The notes under the pieces were generated by a model that did not search any database, was not told where the DNA came from, and saw only the letters and a list, made by a program, of their open reading frames with translations. Of a stretch of 64,000 nt of DNA, positions 10,068 through 20,498 are shown piece after piece. This DNA is from a plasmid. The DNA lies in sequence record NZ_CP099764.1. One strand, written 5' to 3'. The position numbers and the translations under genes were made by a program. Position 1 is the stretch's first letter, and every line of letters begins with the position of its first letter.

Positions 10068-11487
10068 CCCCGCCCAGCGGGTTCTTGTCTCCGGACATAA
10101 ACTGCTGCGGATTCAGATTGCCCAGCTGTTTCAGCATCTGGTCGGTGTTAAAACCGTTCAGGTGGCTTTCTGCCGAGGGAGGATTCGGCACCGGGCTTTC
10201 CGGGTTACCCTCTTCCGCTGTACTCTGTGACTGCTCCAGCGCCATTTCCTCCACGGTTTTCAGCTGGAAGCCGTCCTGGAACACCACGGTCACTTCGTTG
10301 CCCGCACCAATCGGTATCACCGGGTGATACTGTTCGGCACGTTTGATGTAGTAGTCACTGAGCGTCTGTGCGGCTTTCGATGCGCCGCCACCGATACCCA
10401 TTTTCAGGACATCACCAGCCCCGTAAGCGGCTGTGGCACCCAGCCCGACAGCCGGCTGGGAGGCGCGCTCCATTCCCTGACCGATACCGTCAACAAATCC
10501 CGCGCCCCATGCCCAGCCGAGGATTTTGCCGTTACGCATCACCACTTCGCCCTTGATACCGTTTTTACCCCGGAAGCTGACATGCCCCTTAATCGGCATA
10601 TCAATGGTTTTGCCGTCCTTCAGGCAGCTGATATTGCGGGTACGTACAATGGCACGCTCACTGGAGACATCCCCCCAGGCTTCCAGCCCCACAAAACATC
10701 CCGTTGCGTCATACGTTTTGCTGTTCGGCATTTCCACCAGGCCGGTGATACGCAGCTGCATCGGCACCGTGGATTCATTACCGGTGACTGAGGCATTGGC
10801 ATCCGCCCCTTCAATCAGCATGGCTTTCGCAAAACTTCCTGACGGAATGTACGGCAGTGATGGTCCCTGTTTTCCCTCATTACGGGTAAACACCTTACGC
10901 TGTATCCGGTTAGGCACCGGCACAGACTGGTACGTCACCTGTGGTGGTGGCGTGACACCATTCCCGGGATAAAACGCCGTCGGCGGTGGAACAGCAACGC
11001 TGCCCTGCGGCGGGAAGGATACGGGGGTGTTTCCTGGCTGTGGTTCGCCTTCCGGCCCGGGCGGTGAGGCTGGCGTCTGCGGTACAGGCTCACCGGTCGC
11101 GGTGACGGGATTTGCACCCAGGGCTTTCACCTGCTCTGCCAGTGCAGCATTGTCCTGTCCCAGCTTTTCAATACGACGCTGGTCATAACCGCGCTGTTTG
11201 TTCAGGACATCCAGTTCACGACGGATTTCCTCATACTGCTTCTGCATCTGTGCCGCCGTCACCTGCATCTCTGTAGTAGCATGCTGACGCACCTTGTCAT
11301 CAAAGGTCGTATCCACCACACCGGTCATATCCGGCACAGGCTCCTGTTCAGCCACGGTTTCACCGTTACCGGACATGTCCACATCAGACAGATACAGCGC
11401 ACCACCAATCGCGGAGGCTGCACCGACAACCACAATCCCCAGCCACAGGTACTGCTTGCGTTTCACAATGGTATTGATACTGGCCAT
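10036..11487 (-). CDS. traB: TraB, VirB10-like T4SS core protein (483 aa)
   Basis: Pro-rich linker (PQTPASPPGPEGEPQPGNTP...) followed by a VirB10-like C-terminal domain; F order traK-traB. Confidence 0.9.
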   Translation of the reverse strand: MASINTIVKRKQYLWLGIVVVGAASAIGGALYLSDVDMSGNGETVAEQEPVPDMTGVVDTTFDDKVRQHATTEMQVTAAQMQKQYEEIRRELDVLNKQRGYDQRRIEKLGQDNAALAEQVKALGANPVTATGEPVPQTPASPPGPEGEPQPGNTPVSFPPQGSVAVPPPTAFYPGNGVTPPPQVTYQSVPVPNRIQRKVFTRNEGKQGPSLPYIPSGSFAKAMLIEGADANASVTGNESTVPMQLRITGLVEMPNSKTYDATGCFVGLEAWGDVSSERAIVRTRNISCLKDGKTIDMPIKGHVSFRGKNGIKGEVVMRNGKILGWAWGAGFVDGIGQGMERASQPAVGLGATAAYGAGDVLKMGIGGGASKAAQTLSDYYIKRAEQYHPVIPIGAGNEVTVVFQDGFQLKTVEEMALEQSQSTAEEGNPESPVPNPPSAESHLNGFNTDQMLKQLGNLNPQQFMSGDKNPLGGDAGKEGGNGG

Positions 11488-12215
11488 CAGTTGCCCTCCC
11501 CGTCACGGATGACATACACATCCATGCGCGCACCTGCCAGTAACTGGCTGGCAGGCTGGCTGAACATCACGGCACGGGTTCCCGGCTGCCAGAAGTCACT
11601 TTCCCGGATACTCAGAGCAGACAGAGTTTTATTTTCCACGGCAAAGCGGACCATCTTCAGGTGATTCCCCGTCCATACGGCATCTGCCACTGAAGACAGA
11701 CCCGCCGGGGCCTGCAGGGTTTCCTTTGTCACCGGGACCTGATACCAGCCTGCGGGTAATTTTCCGCCACGGACGGCCTGGCTGATGGTCACAAGCAGGG
11801 ATTCGTAAGGCGTGGACGTTTCCCACGCACCGGCTTCTTCTCCGGTTCCGCGCAGGTCACTGACAAGCTGAATGGTACGCCCCGCGCCTTCACGGGGAAC
11901 GGCCTGAATGGAAAGATTCAGACCACGTTCTGTTTCCAGAATGAACGTAAAGGGCTTTTTGTTGACGGTGGCCACCACCACACTGCCGGAGGCGGTCTGC
12001 TCATTATTGGTCAGGGCACCATCCAGACTGTTCACGGCGATAATCCGGTCACCGGGAACGGTAAACAGATTCGGGCTGGTATTGCTGATGGCAATACTGG
12101 CCTGACCACCGTTCACCATTGGCACCACGGTGGGGGCCAGCGTACCGTTTGCGGCCATCACGCTGCAGGAAAAAAACAGGCTGCCGAATATTATTGCCGT
12201 ATTATTTTTTCTCAT
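11487..12215 (-). CDS. traK: TraK, VirB9-like secretin-like protein (242 aa)
   Basis: 242 aa as in F TraK; signal peptide; F order traE-traK-traB. Confidence 0.9.
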   Translation of the reverse strand: MRKNNTAIIFGSLFFSCSVMAANGTLAPTVVPMVNGGQASIAISNTSPNLFTVPGDRIIAVNSLDGALTNNEQTASGSVVVATVNKKPFTFILETERGLNLSIQAVPREGAGRTIQLVSDLRGTGEEAGAWETSTPYESLLVTISQAVRGGKLPAGWYQVPVTKETLQAPAGLSSVADAVWTGNHLKMVRFAVENKTLSALSIRESDFWQPGTRAVMFSQPASQLLAGARMDVYVIRDGEGN

Positions 12216-12768
12216 CGTCTGTTTCCCCGAAATTATCCAGCCAGGTCACCCCGTTTTCCCGCTTCAGAATAAGGATGTAATGTTTGATATCAGTGAAAGG
12301 TTTTGAATCACCAATCCAGGTTTTAAGCACACCACGAATTTCCACACGGCCATACTGAGGCCAGACACGAACACTGGTCTGGAAAAAGGCTGAGTTCACG
12401 TTATCGTTTTTAATACGCTTCGCTTCTTCAGCCAGAATAACTTTCATCTGGTTCTGTGCGCCCGGGCGGATATATTGCAGAAGCGCCTGATGTGAGGCAT
12501 CGACGGTTTCTGATGAAACATTCAGACGGAGGGCAATAAATGACAGCGCCATCTGCTGTAAATAAGAGGCGTCGGCACTGTTCTGTGACACGGCAAAGGG
12601 GGCATTAAATGCCATTGGCGTCACGGCAGTGCGTTGCTCATTCTGAAGACGGTAGTTATTCACTCCCTGAATGACGTTAACAGAGAGGCTGAGAACAATA
12701 AGCACTGACATAAATATAAAGGCGATGGCCATTACACGACTGGTACTTAAACGGGCACCGTGTTCCAT
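12202..12768 (-). CDS. traE: TraE, VirB5/VirB8-like pilus assembly protein (188 aa)
   Basis: 188 aa as in F TraE; N-terminal TM helix. Confidence 0.9.
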   Translation of the reverse strand: MEHGARLSTSRVMAIAFIFMSVLIVLSLSVNVIQGVNNYRLQNEQRTAVTPMAFNAPFAVSQNSADASYLQQMALSFIALRLNVSSETVDASHQALLQYIRPGAQNQMKVILAEEAKRIKNDNVNSAFFQTSVRVWPQYGRVEIRGVLKTWIGDSKPFTDIKHYILILKRENGVTWLDNFGETDDEKK

Positions 12769-12789
12769 ATAACAATCCTGGTATCAGTT

Positions 12790-13101
12790 CTATTTAATCC
12801 ACTGCCGGAAACACGAATCGGGAACATTATGAAAAATACCGCGCAACAGGGCTGTTGGCATATACCAGTAAATCAGGTCACGTAACCAGGAACTGCCCCG
12901 CCCTTTTTTCAGTTTTTTAATCCCGAAATAAACCAGAACCGCTGCACCAATACCGAACAGATATTTCGATGTTGTGATACCCCAGCCAATACAGATTGCT
13001 GCGGGGATCAGTTCATCCAGTGGCAGGCCAAACCAGCGGCTCTGGTTGGTCAGTGTTTCCGGGAAACGATATTTCTTAAGTTTATTCTCGTCTCCCGACA
13101 T
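12790..13101 (-). CDS. traL: TraL, VirB3-like protein
   Basis: small membrane protein directly downstream of traA; F order. Confidence 0.8.
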
Positions 13102-13105
13102 CGTT

Positions 13106-13468
13106 TTATTTCAGGCCAACGACGGCCATACCCACAGCAATAAATACAGAGATGATGGCAAAACCGGCCAGGAACTTGACGTTTTTGGTCATCATGTACA
13201 TGACAGCACCGACCAGAACTTCAGCCAGAACAACCCATTTAACAACACTGGAGTCCTTACCGAAGGTCGCCTTAACCGTGGAGTTACCACTTGCCATCAG
13301 GTCCTGACTACCGGAAGCCATCGCCAGTTGCGGGAAGAACATCATCAGAACAGCAGCCGGGAGCACAGCGCGTACCAGGCGAAGCATATTCAGACGAGTG
13401 AATTTAGAAAAAAACGACTTCTTTTTGACGGGCGCAGAAGCACCCTGAACACTTAAAACAGCATTCAT
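13106..13468 (-). CDS. traA: TraA, F-type propilin (120 aa)
   Basis: [31 protein letters not shown]... long leader, then a mature pilin ending [17 protein letters not shown]; the mature N-terminus [24 protein letters not shown] differs slightly from F. Confidence 0.9.
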
Positions 13469-13500
13469 AAGTTACCTCAATTTCGGATAAATGAATAAAA

Positions 13501-13902
13501 CTAGAGTGTATTAAATGTTATATCTTCCTCTTTATCTGCCTCCCTGAATATCTCCGAGTTATAAAAATCAGGAAACTTGATCAAATGATCAATAACTCTG
13601 TCTGCAGCCTCATCTGTTTTACACCATCCACTACGATTTTTGGCTGCAATAAGTAGCTGGTTAGTTTCATCATCCAGACGCATTGTCAGATACTTAACCA
13701 GCGACTTACCATAGATATTCCCTGCCCTGTTAAACTTTGGATAGCGGTGAAGATGATCTTTAAGTCTTATTACTGCCTCAAACGATCGACTTCTTCCGCT
13801 TCTGTTACTTGCCTCAATTAATAGACTTTCCACATCTAAAGGTAATTTTAGTTTTACCATCTTACCTGTTGCAGAACGTGTACCAAATCTTTTCAATAAC
13901 AC
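13501..13902 (-). CDS. traY: TraY, relaxosome accessory ribbon-helix-helix protein
   Basis: about 130 aa basic protein between traJ and traA. Confidence 0.85.
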   Translation of the reverse strand: MLLKRFGTRSATGKMVKLKLPLDVESLLIEASNRSGRSRSFEAVIRLKDHLHRYPKFNRAGNIYGKSLVKYLTMRLDDETNQLLIAAKNRSGWCKTDEAADRVIDHLIKFPDFYNSEIFREADKEEDITFNTL

Positions 13903-13994
13903 CTCCCGCTGTTTATCTTCTGGTTACCACTTATGTTTGCAGAATAATCAGAAAAGGTAAATAGACGGAAAGTCTATATTTTATTAACACTTTA

Positions 13995-14684
13995 TTAACG
14001 CGTATTTATGATACACATAGCCTTCTCGTACAAATAATGAATAAACTTTTTATTGTAGAGTAAGATGATTAACTCATCTTTATTAGGAACAGAGAAGTAG
14101 TCGCATATCAGAGACGCGTGTTTCTTTGATGTGGAGATGGATATGTTTAATATTCTTGCTATAGCATTATGACTGATTCCGGTGCTATATAAGTAAAAGA
14201 CATCATTTACATATGATGATACAGAAGAATCATCACTCATTCTTCTGATTATATTTCTGATATCATCACTGACAATCGTTTTTTGATTATAACTGTCTTT
14301 ATGACGAACATGAGCAGCATCATAAAATTGCCACAGAATAATATTTCTGTGTCCATTAAGAAATGACTGGACAGAAATTGTCCAGAATCTGTTCTGAATA
14401 AAAACATCCTCTACAAGATTAAGATGCGTATGCTCATTCCTATATGCTTCCATCTCTGTGACAGAGATCAATTCACAAAAATCTCTCTGCGACAGAAGCC
14501 ATTTTTCAGCACTTTGATCTTGTGTAAGAAATGACTCATGAAACAGCGTATTGCAAAAAATAAATTTTCCAGTTTCGTCCCTGATACAGGCTGGATTTGG
14601 ATAATCCTGAATAACTGCCGTCAGATTTTCCAGCAGATCTATTTGACGAGCATGTTTTTGTTGAATACGATCCATCGGATACAT
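13995..14684 (-). CDS. traJ: TraJ, tra operon activator (229 aa from MYPMDRIQQK...)
   Basis: size, AT-rich codon usage typical of F traJ, position between traM and traY. Confidence 0.85.
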   Translation of the reverse strand: MYPMDRIQQKHARQIDLLENLTAVIQDYPNPACIRDETGKFIFCNTLFHESFLTQDQSAEKWLLSQRDFCELISVTEMEAYRNEHTHLNLVEDVFIQNRFWTISVQSFLNGHRNIILWQFYDAAHVRHKDSYNQKTIVSDDIRNIIRRMSDDSSVSSYVNDVFYLYSTGISHNAIARILNISISTSKKHASLICDYFSVPNKDELIILLYNKKFIHYLYEKAMCIINTR

Positions 14685-14689
14685 AGGAA

Positions 14690-14770
14690 CCTCCTCACAA
14701 AGGATTCTATGGACAGTCGATGCAGGGAGTTCACGTCTCCCTGCATCGGCGATTTTCAATTTCAAATTTT
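14690..14770 (+). ncRNA. finP: FinP antisense RNA (antisense to traJ leader)
   Basis: opposite strand of the traJ 5' UTR; perfect hairpin gtcgatgcagggag-ttcacgt-ctccctgcatcggc followed by gattttc, matching a FinP stem-loop II plus terminator arrangement. Confidence 0.5.
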
Positions 14771-14870
14771 AACGTGGCATTAACCACGTAATTAATATAC
14801 TAATTATCTTTCGTACTGTCACCTTTTTAAATCATAAAAACTCTGATATTTGAACGAAGTCAATTTTCTT

Positions 14871-15254
14871 TTATTCATCATCATTTTTTGGAAAAAATCG
14901 TTCCATCTCAGATGATACCTTCTCCCTGATATCTTCAACCATATTGGCATATTCAAACTTTGGATTTCCGGAGACATGAGGACTGAGAGACTCAATACCC
15001 AAAATTTTCGCTACTGATGATTGTGTTTTTACAACGTATTCAAGAAGCAATTTATTAAACTCAGTCTGATTAAATGCAGACTCTTTACGCTCCATCTGAG
15101 CCTCATGTACACGAAGCCCCAGTTCAAGAAGCATTGAAGCTGTTGCTGAAAAACTGACATCTTTTTCCCTTGCCCCTTCCTGTCGACGCTTCTCAATAAT
15201 CGCATTTATTTTTTCATAGGCATCATTGCTGATATACAGGTTCACCTTAGCCAT
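14871..15254 (-). CDS. traM: TraM, relaxosome / oriT-binding protein (127 aa)
   Basis: 127 aa; MAKVNLYISNDAYEKINAIIEKRRQEGAREKDVSFS... matches F TraM. Confidence 0.95.
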   Translation of the reverse strand: MAKVNLYISNDAYEKINAIIEKRRQEGAREKDVSFSATASMLLELGLRVHEAQMERKESAFNQTEFNKLLLEYVVKTQSSVAKILGIESLSPHVSGNPKFEYANMVEDIREKVSSEMERFFPKNDDE

Positions 15255-15259
15255 TAGAG

Positions 15260-15667
15260 ATTACCTTTTTTGAACATAAAATAAAGTTAATTTCGAAACA
15301 CTAAAATTCATAATGCAAACAGGGACGCACCGCTAGCAGCGCCCCCGGCGGTATCCTATAAAAAAACACACCGCGCCGCTAGCAGCACCCCTAATATAAG
15401 ATGATGTTTTTTATGAAAATAGTCAGTACCACCCCTAAAAAGCGGTGTCGGCGCGGTGTTGTAGCTGCGCCGACACCGCTTTTTTAAATATCACAAAGAG
15501 AGCAAGAAGAACTAATTTGTCATAACTCTCTATTTATAAAGAAAAATCAGCAAAAACTTGTTTTTGCGTGGGGTGTGGTGCTTTTGGTGGTGAGAACCAC
15601 CAACCTGTTGAGCCTTTTTGTGGAGTGGGTTAAATTATTTACGGATAAAGTCACCAGAGGTGGAAAA
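15260..15667 (+). other. oriT: oriT of F type; nic between 15576 and 15577 (tttgcgtggggtgt^ggtgcttt) on the plus strand
   Basis: the exact F nic-region sequence TTTGCGTGGGGTGTGGTGCTTTTGGTGGTGAGAACCACCAACC is present; upstream repeats gc(a/g)ccgctagcagc(g/a)cccc x2 and the inverted repeat aaaaagcggtgtcggcgc...gcgccgacaccgctttttt lie in the traM-proximal part. Confidence 0.85.
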
Positions 15668-16177
15668 ATGAAAAAATGGATGTTAGCCATCTGCCTGATG
15701 TTTATAAATGAGATCTGCCAGGCCACTGATTGCTTTGATCTTGCAGGCCGGGATTACAAAATAGATCCTGATTTACTGAGAGCAATATCATGGAAAGAAT
15801 CCCGTTACCGAGTTAATGCCATCGGTATTAATCCGGTAACGGGATATGGCAGCGGACTGATGCAGGTAGATTCCCAGCATTTTAACGAACTGGCCCGCTA
15901 CGGAATTAAGCCAGAACATCTGACAACAGATCCCTGCATGAACATTTATACCGGTGCTTATTATCTGGCAATAGCATTTAAAAAATGGGGCGTCACCTGG
16001 GAGGCCGTTGGTGCATACAATGCCGGATTCAGGAAAACCGAACGCCAGAACCAGAGACGTCTTGCCTACGCATCAGATGTTTACCGGATTTATACTGGGA
16101 TAAAAAGCAGTAAAGGTATCCGGCTTCCGGCCACGAAGAAATCACTTCCGGAAATTAACAGCGTGCAGAACAATTAA
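15668..16177 (+). CDS. Orf169 / gene X (P19-like) lytic transglycosylase
   Basis: 169 aa from [12 protein letters not shown]; SLT-domain motifs [18 protein letters not shown] and AYNAG; first gene on the leading side of oriT. Confidence 0.85.
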   Translation: MKKWMLAICLMFINEICQATDCFDLAGRDYKIDPDLLRAISWKESRYRVNAIGINPVTGYGSGLMQVDSQHFNELARYGIKPEHLTTDPCMNIYTGAYYLAIAFKKWGVTWEAVGAYNAGFRKTERQNQRRLAYASDVYRIYTGIKSSKGIRLPATKKSLPEINSVQNN

Positions 16178-16431
16178 TCTTACAGACATTGTCAGATACC
16201 GGTTATGCCGCAAAAGCGGCATGGAAGGCCACACACAAAAATATCATATGAGTGACAATACTGACTGGCCGAAGCCCCGCGAAGCGGGAACCCATCTTAT
16301 ATATACCCGGTAACTGCGCAGCCTCCTGCCAGACCATCTTTCGCGGGCACAATATTTACAGACAACCGGAAAGCCGGTTGATGAAATTGAGGTATATCAG
16401 ACGACACAGCAATGCCGAAAAATGATAATAT

Positions 16432-16470
16432 AAGTAAAGCCCCGAAAATTTTTCCGGGGCTTTACTTATA
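16432..16470. terminator. bidirectional hairpin terminator between the convergent orf169 and orf273
   Basis: taagtaaagccccgaaaa/tttccggggctttactta, a 17-18 bp perfect stem flanked by A/T runs. Confidence 0.6.
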
Positions 16471-16473
16471 TTA

Positions 16474-17295
16474 TCATGACTTCCACTTTCTGAACTGTTC
16501 GGCAATCACCCATAACGCCTTGTTGATTCTTATATCACCATCAATACCTGTAATGGCTCTTGTCCTAGTATTTTTCCCGGAGGCACTTCGCCCCGATAAT
16601 CCACCTTTTATCATATTCTCCTGAACCCGCTGCCAGGTTGTCCAGAGATCGTTCTGTTTGTCTTCCCGACGACGGGGAGTAATTATCTGTTCAGGTGTCA
16701 CTGGCGTTTTATTTTCATCTTCATACCTGACCATCAGTGCAGCTCTGCCAAATAAATGTTGCTCGTCACTGTTAAGATGAATTTCTTTCATCGCCTCCAT
16801 ATTATCAGTGACCTTATCAAAGACACCGAGCACTTCATACGCTCCCTCGATAACCTGCCCGACAATATCACCTTTATGTGGAGCGCGGATTTCGCCAAAA
16901 TTATTTCCGCACACCAGGCCATTTGTGCAGACAAAACGAAAAATTCCGGGGATCATCTGATAACTGGATGAACCATCATGTGAATTAAGCAGGATAATTT
17001 CAGGAACTTCCTGTCCGTTAATATGCCCTTCCCTGCGAAGACGTAACATATGTTTACTGTATTCGCGACGTCCCAAATCACGAACCCGACTCTGATAGGC
17101 AAAGAATGGCTGGAAACCTTCATCACGTAACTTATTGATGATATTGATTGTTGGAATATACGTATAATGTTCACTCCGGGACTCATGTTTATCACCGGAA
17201 AATACCGAAGGCACGAACTGCATTAATTCATCATCCGTTAAAGGACTTTCACGGCGGATGGAATTATACCGACCAAAACGGGAAGCTAATCGCAT
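16474..17295 (-). CDS. leading-region protein Orf273 (DUF932-like, I believe)
   Basis: 273 aa, the size of F leading-region orf273; no recognisable catalytic motif. Confidence 0.6.
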   Translation of the reverse strand: MRLASRFGRYNSIRRESPLTDDELMQFVPSVFSGDKHESRSEHYTYIPTINIINKLRDEGFQPFFAYQSRVRDLGRREYSKHMLRLRREGHINGQEVPEIILLNSHDGSSSYQMIPGIFRFVCTNGLVCGNNFGEIRAPHKGDIVGQVIEGAYEVLGVFDKVTDNMEAMKEIHLNSDEQHLFGRAALMVRYEDENKTPVTPEQIITPRRREDKQNDLWTTWQRVQENMIKGGLSGRSASGKNTRTRAITGIDGDIRINKALWVIAEQFRKWKS

Positions 17296-17414
17296 AACAG
17301 CTACTCCTTTATGAAAGAATAAATTTAATAAAAAATTTTTCCGCTTAATATCATCCCCCCCCGATCTCTATTAACAAGATTGCAACAATCAGGAGGGATA
17401 TTCATCACATCCGG

Positions 17415-17696
17415 TCAGCAGATCGCCCGGATATCGAGGCCGGCACGCTTAATCTGACGCAGGAACTGTTTGAAGTGATCGGCTTCCGCAATGTTGATAT
17501 GGCGGAACTGCTTATCCACACCCTGACTGAGCGCGTAGCTATAACTGAAGGCCATCTTTTCCGGGTGGCTTTTGCGATATTTTTTCAGCTCAGTCAGGCT
17601 GCTGAATTCCAGGACGTCCCACTCTTCCCCGGTGTTTTTTTCTTCCCGGCAACAAGAAGCGTGTACGACGCGGTGTTAACGTGGATATTTCGGGTA
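17415..17696 (-). pseudogene. orf95-like leading-region gene disrupted by a frameshift in an A7/T7 homopolymer (17630-17636)
   Basis: minus-strand MSTRNIHVNTASYTLLVAGKKK then a premature stop; adding 1 nt to the A-run restores a 95-aa ORF ...EEWDVLEFSSLTELKKYRKSHPEKMAFSYSYALSQGVDKQFRHINIAEADHFKQFLRQIKRAGLDIRAIC. Confidence 0.6.
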
Positions 17697-17730
17697 CTCA
17701 TCCTGCTTTCTCCTCTATCTGGTTTTCAGC

Positions 17731-18351
17731 CCCCATCATCTGTTGAGTTTCGGGAGCCGCGGTTTTGACGTTTTGCGGGGACCTGCCTTTTGTTCCCTCC
17801 GGTATTCACCATCACCTGTTTGAGAACCTTCGCCGCATGGGGCATCACTGCCACGGCCGGAAACGACTGTCCGGGGGCAGACCGCAAAAGTTTTTGCCTG
17901 CTTCTGGGCAAAAACTTTTGCGGGATGTGCATTTCACCCCTGGACTGGCGGAGACGGTTGTGGCTGTCTATGCCCCCGGCGACAGGGGCTTAAACAGGTG
18001 AATGGCACCGGACACAACAACGGGCAGGGACCCGCCGCAACGACGTGAAGCGCGGTTTGCGAAACGGCGTTGCGCCTTACATCCCGGCGGCCTTTTGCCG
18101 GGATGCCAGGAGCGCAGGCCACGGCGCGACAGAGGCGGCGCGACCGGAACGGTCGCTGCAAGCCCGGGGTTTTCACGCATCGGACCGTAGCGACAGCCCG
18201 AAACCGCGCCAGCGGGTTCGGCGGAGACTGGCAGGTGCGCCAGCAGCTGCCTGTCGGAGTCGGGCCTGACGACCGGATGCCGCCAGGCAGCCGGGAGCCG
18301 AAGGTGCGCCGGCAGACAGGACAACACTGCAGTAGTCAGAATCAGAGCAGG
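17731..18351 (-). promoter_or_regulatory. Frpo-like ssDNA promoter / ssi repeat, copy 1
   Basis: about 620-bp GC-rich element beginning ccccatcatctgttgagtttcgggagccgcggttttgacg and containing long hairpins such as ccgcaaaagtttttgcc-tgcttctg-ggcaaaaacttttgcgg (17882-17923); repeated at 24507 and 27843. Confidence 0.7.
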
Positions 18352-18621
18352 AAGAAAAAGAGAATAATCACAGGGAAGGTGATGTGATTTCTGACAAGCC
18401 ATAACCAGAGAAGGCGGGGGAAAAGAACGGGCGCCGCAGGCGCGCGTTCATCCCCGTTCCTGAAGGGAAACGACCTTCCTGAAGTCAGGTTGTTCATGCC
18501 CGTACAACATCAGCAAGGAGAAAGGGGCTACCGGCGAACCAGCAGCCCCTTTATAAAGGCGCTTCAGTAGTCAGACCAGCATCAGTCCTGAAAAGGCGGG
18601 CCTGCGCCCGCCTCCAGGTTG

Positions 18622-18780
18622 CTACTTACCGGATTCGTAAGCCATGAAAGCCGCCACCTCCCTGTGTCCGTCTCTGTAACGAATCTCGCACAGCGATTTT
18701 CGTGTCAGATAAGTGAATATCAACAGTGTGAGACACACGATCAACACACACCAGACAAGGGAACTTCGTGGTAGTTTCAT
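18622..18780 (-). CDS. hok: Hok/FlmA host-killing toxin (52 aa)
   Basis: [52 protein letters not shown] equals the Hok sequence; the 3' UTR holds the fbi/terminal stem GGGGCUGCUGGUUCGCCGGUAGCCCC. Confidence 0.95.
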   Translation of the reverse strand: MKLPRSSLVWCVLIVCLTLLIFTYLTRKSLCEIRYRDGHREVAAFMAYESGK

Positions 18781-18838
18781 GGCCTTCTTCTCCTTGCGCA
18801 AAGCGCGGTAAGAGGCTATCCTGATGTGGACTAGACAT
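18626..18838 (-). CDS. mok: Mok/FlmC (modulation of killing, 70 aa) overlapping hok
   Basis: 70-aa overlapping frame starting MSSPHQDS, as in R1 mok. Confidence 0.8.
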   Translation of the reverse strand: MSSPHQDSLLPRFAQGEEGHETTTKFPCLVCVDRVSHTVDIHLSDTKIAVRDSLQRRTQGGGGFHGLRIR

Positions 18839-18879
18839 AGGGATGCCTCGTGGTGTACTGACCCCAAAAAGTTGGACAG

Positions 18880-19731
18880 TTAAACACGAGGCATATAGGT
18901 CTGATTCCGATATTCAATTGGAGTCAGACCTTTTAATTTCAGGCTAATTCTTCTGCTGTTGTAGTATTCAATATATTCCGTAACAGCATCCTTCAGTTCG
19001 CTTATATTACTGAACTCATCAAGATAAAAACACTCCGACTTTAAGGTTCCAAAGAAACACTCCACCACAGCATTATCCAGACAATTGCCTTTTCTGGACA
19101 TGCTTTGTTTAATACCATGTTCTTTAAGGATATTTTGATATCTTCTCATACGATACTGCCATCCCTGGTCAGAGTGCAGAACAGGATGCTCGTGAGGATT
19201 AAGCTTTTTGAATGCCTGATCGAGCATATTCTCAACCATGTTCATCACTGGTCTTTCCGAAAGGCTGTAAGAAATAACTTCGTTGTTGAAGAGATCTATT
19301 ACTGGAGACAAATACAGCTTGCGCCCATTGACTGCAAATTCAGTAACATCGGTAACCCACTTCTCGTTTGGCCGCGTAGCCTTGAAATCTCTTTGGAGAA
19401 CATTAGGGGCGGTTTGCCCTACCTCTCCTCTGTAAGAGCGGTATCGCTTGACCTTAATCGCTGCTTTAAGTGAGAGGGTTCCCATCAGGCGCTGAACAGC
19501 TTTATGGTTAATCTGTTTCCCTTCTCGATGAAGAGACAGCGTTACCCTACGGTATCCGTATCGGCCTCTATTCTCGTGATAAATCTCACTAATACGCTTT
19601 TTAACGTCCGCATACTTGTCAGGCTTGCTGAGAGCCTTTAGATGATAATAAAACGTACTGCGCGGTATCTCCGCAGCCCTGAGAAGCTCATCAAGAGGAT
19701 AAAACTGCCTTAGCTCGTTGAGTACTTTCAC
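18880..19731 (-). CDS. insK: IS150 OrfB (InsK) transposase catalytic part, 283 aa
   Basis: DDE integrase core; length. Confidence 0.9.
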
Positions 19732-20249
19732 TTTTTCGTGGGATGAGCTAAGGCTTTCAGCTTTTTTAGATACATAAGCCGCGTTTCAAGAAATCGAACT
19801 TGCCTTTCAAGATCCTCAATGCGTCGGTCTTTTGACAGCTCCAATGCTGATGCCGCTTTTTCTGGATCAACTGATATTGCAATGTTTCTTTTGGTGCCAA
19901 TCTTGAGCGCGCGTAAACCAGCTTCTCCGCGCTCTTCATAGACCTTCAGCCACCTGGCTACAGAACCACTACCAGCAAGCATAAAGTGAGCAGCAGCCTG
20001 ATTAAGGGACATGTGCTGCTCGATCACAGCTTTCACGACCTTAATACGCAACTCTGGATCAGCACTAACGCCTTTAGGTTTGGGAATTAAACCTTTTTCT
20101 CCATGTTTTTCATAGAGGGCAACCCATGTCCTGACCTGGGTTCGGGGGACACCAAAACGTGCCGAGATGATCCTGTAACCATCATCAGTTGTGAAGTAGT
20201 GATTCACGACTTCAAGGCGCTTTTCAAAAGGGTATTTTGGCTTTGACAT
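19728..20249 (-). CDS. insJ: IS150 OrfA (InsJ), 173 aa HTH protein
   Basis: length and HTH/leucine zipper typical of IS3-family orfA. Confidence 0.9.
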   Translation of the reverse strand: MSKPKYPFEKRLEVVNHYFTTDDGYRIISARFGVPRTQVRTWVALYEKHGEKGLIPKPKGVSADPELRIKVVKAVIEQHMSLNQAAAHFMLAGSGSVARWLKVYEERGEAGLRALKIGTKRNIAISVDPEKAASALELSKDRRIEDLERQVRFLETRLMYLKKLKALAHPTKK

Positions 20250-20296
20250 ATTAGGGGCTATTCCATTTCATCGTCCAACAAAATGGGTGCAGTACA

Positions 20297-20430
20297 TAAT
20301 GAAAATTAACTTACTACGGGGCTATCTTCTTTCTGCCACACAACACGGCAACAAACCACCTTCACGTCATGAGGCAGAAAGCCTCAAGCGCCGGGCACAT
20401 CATAGCCCATATACCTGCACGCTGACCACA
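20297..20430 (-). promoter_or_regulatory. hok promoter and 5' leader (tac / sok-target region) separated from mok/hok by IS150
   Basis: the minus strand reads ggcgcttgaggctttctgcctcatgacgtgaaggtggtttgttgccgtgttgtgtggcagaaagaagatagccccgtagtaagttaattttcatta, the 5' part of hok mRNA; the continuation ccacgaggcatccctATG(mok) lies on the other side of IS150. Confidence 0.75.
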
Positions 20431-20498
20431 CTCACTTTCCCTGAAAATAATCCGCTCATTCAGACCGTTCACGGGAAATCCGTGTGATTGTTGCCGCA

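Larger units (their letters stand above)
18854..20296 (-). mobile_element. IS150 (IS3 family), complete 1443 bp
   Basis: ends TGTACTGACCCCAAAAAGTTGGACAG (18854) and TGTACTGCACCCATTTTGTTGGACGATG (reverse complement at 20296); orfA 173 aa and orfB 283 aa match the InsJ/InsK sizes. Confidence 0.9.

Noticed and set aside
17934-18402. Several 60-144 aa ORFs on both strands inside the Frpo repeats (also 24541-25203 and 27869-28437)
   Set aside because: High-GC repeat sequence yields long open frames by chance. The same frames recur in each repeat copy, and their Arg/Pro/Gly-rich translations are not protein-like.
20287-20487. 66-aa plus-strand ORF between IS150 and psiA
   Set aside because: It overlaps the hok promoter and leader segment on the opposite strand, which is recognisable as the 5' part of hok mRNA.
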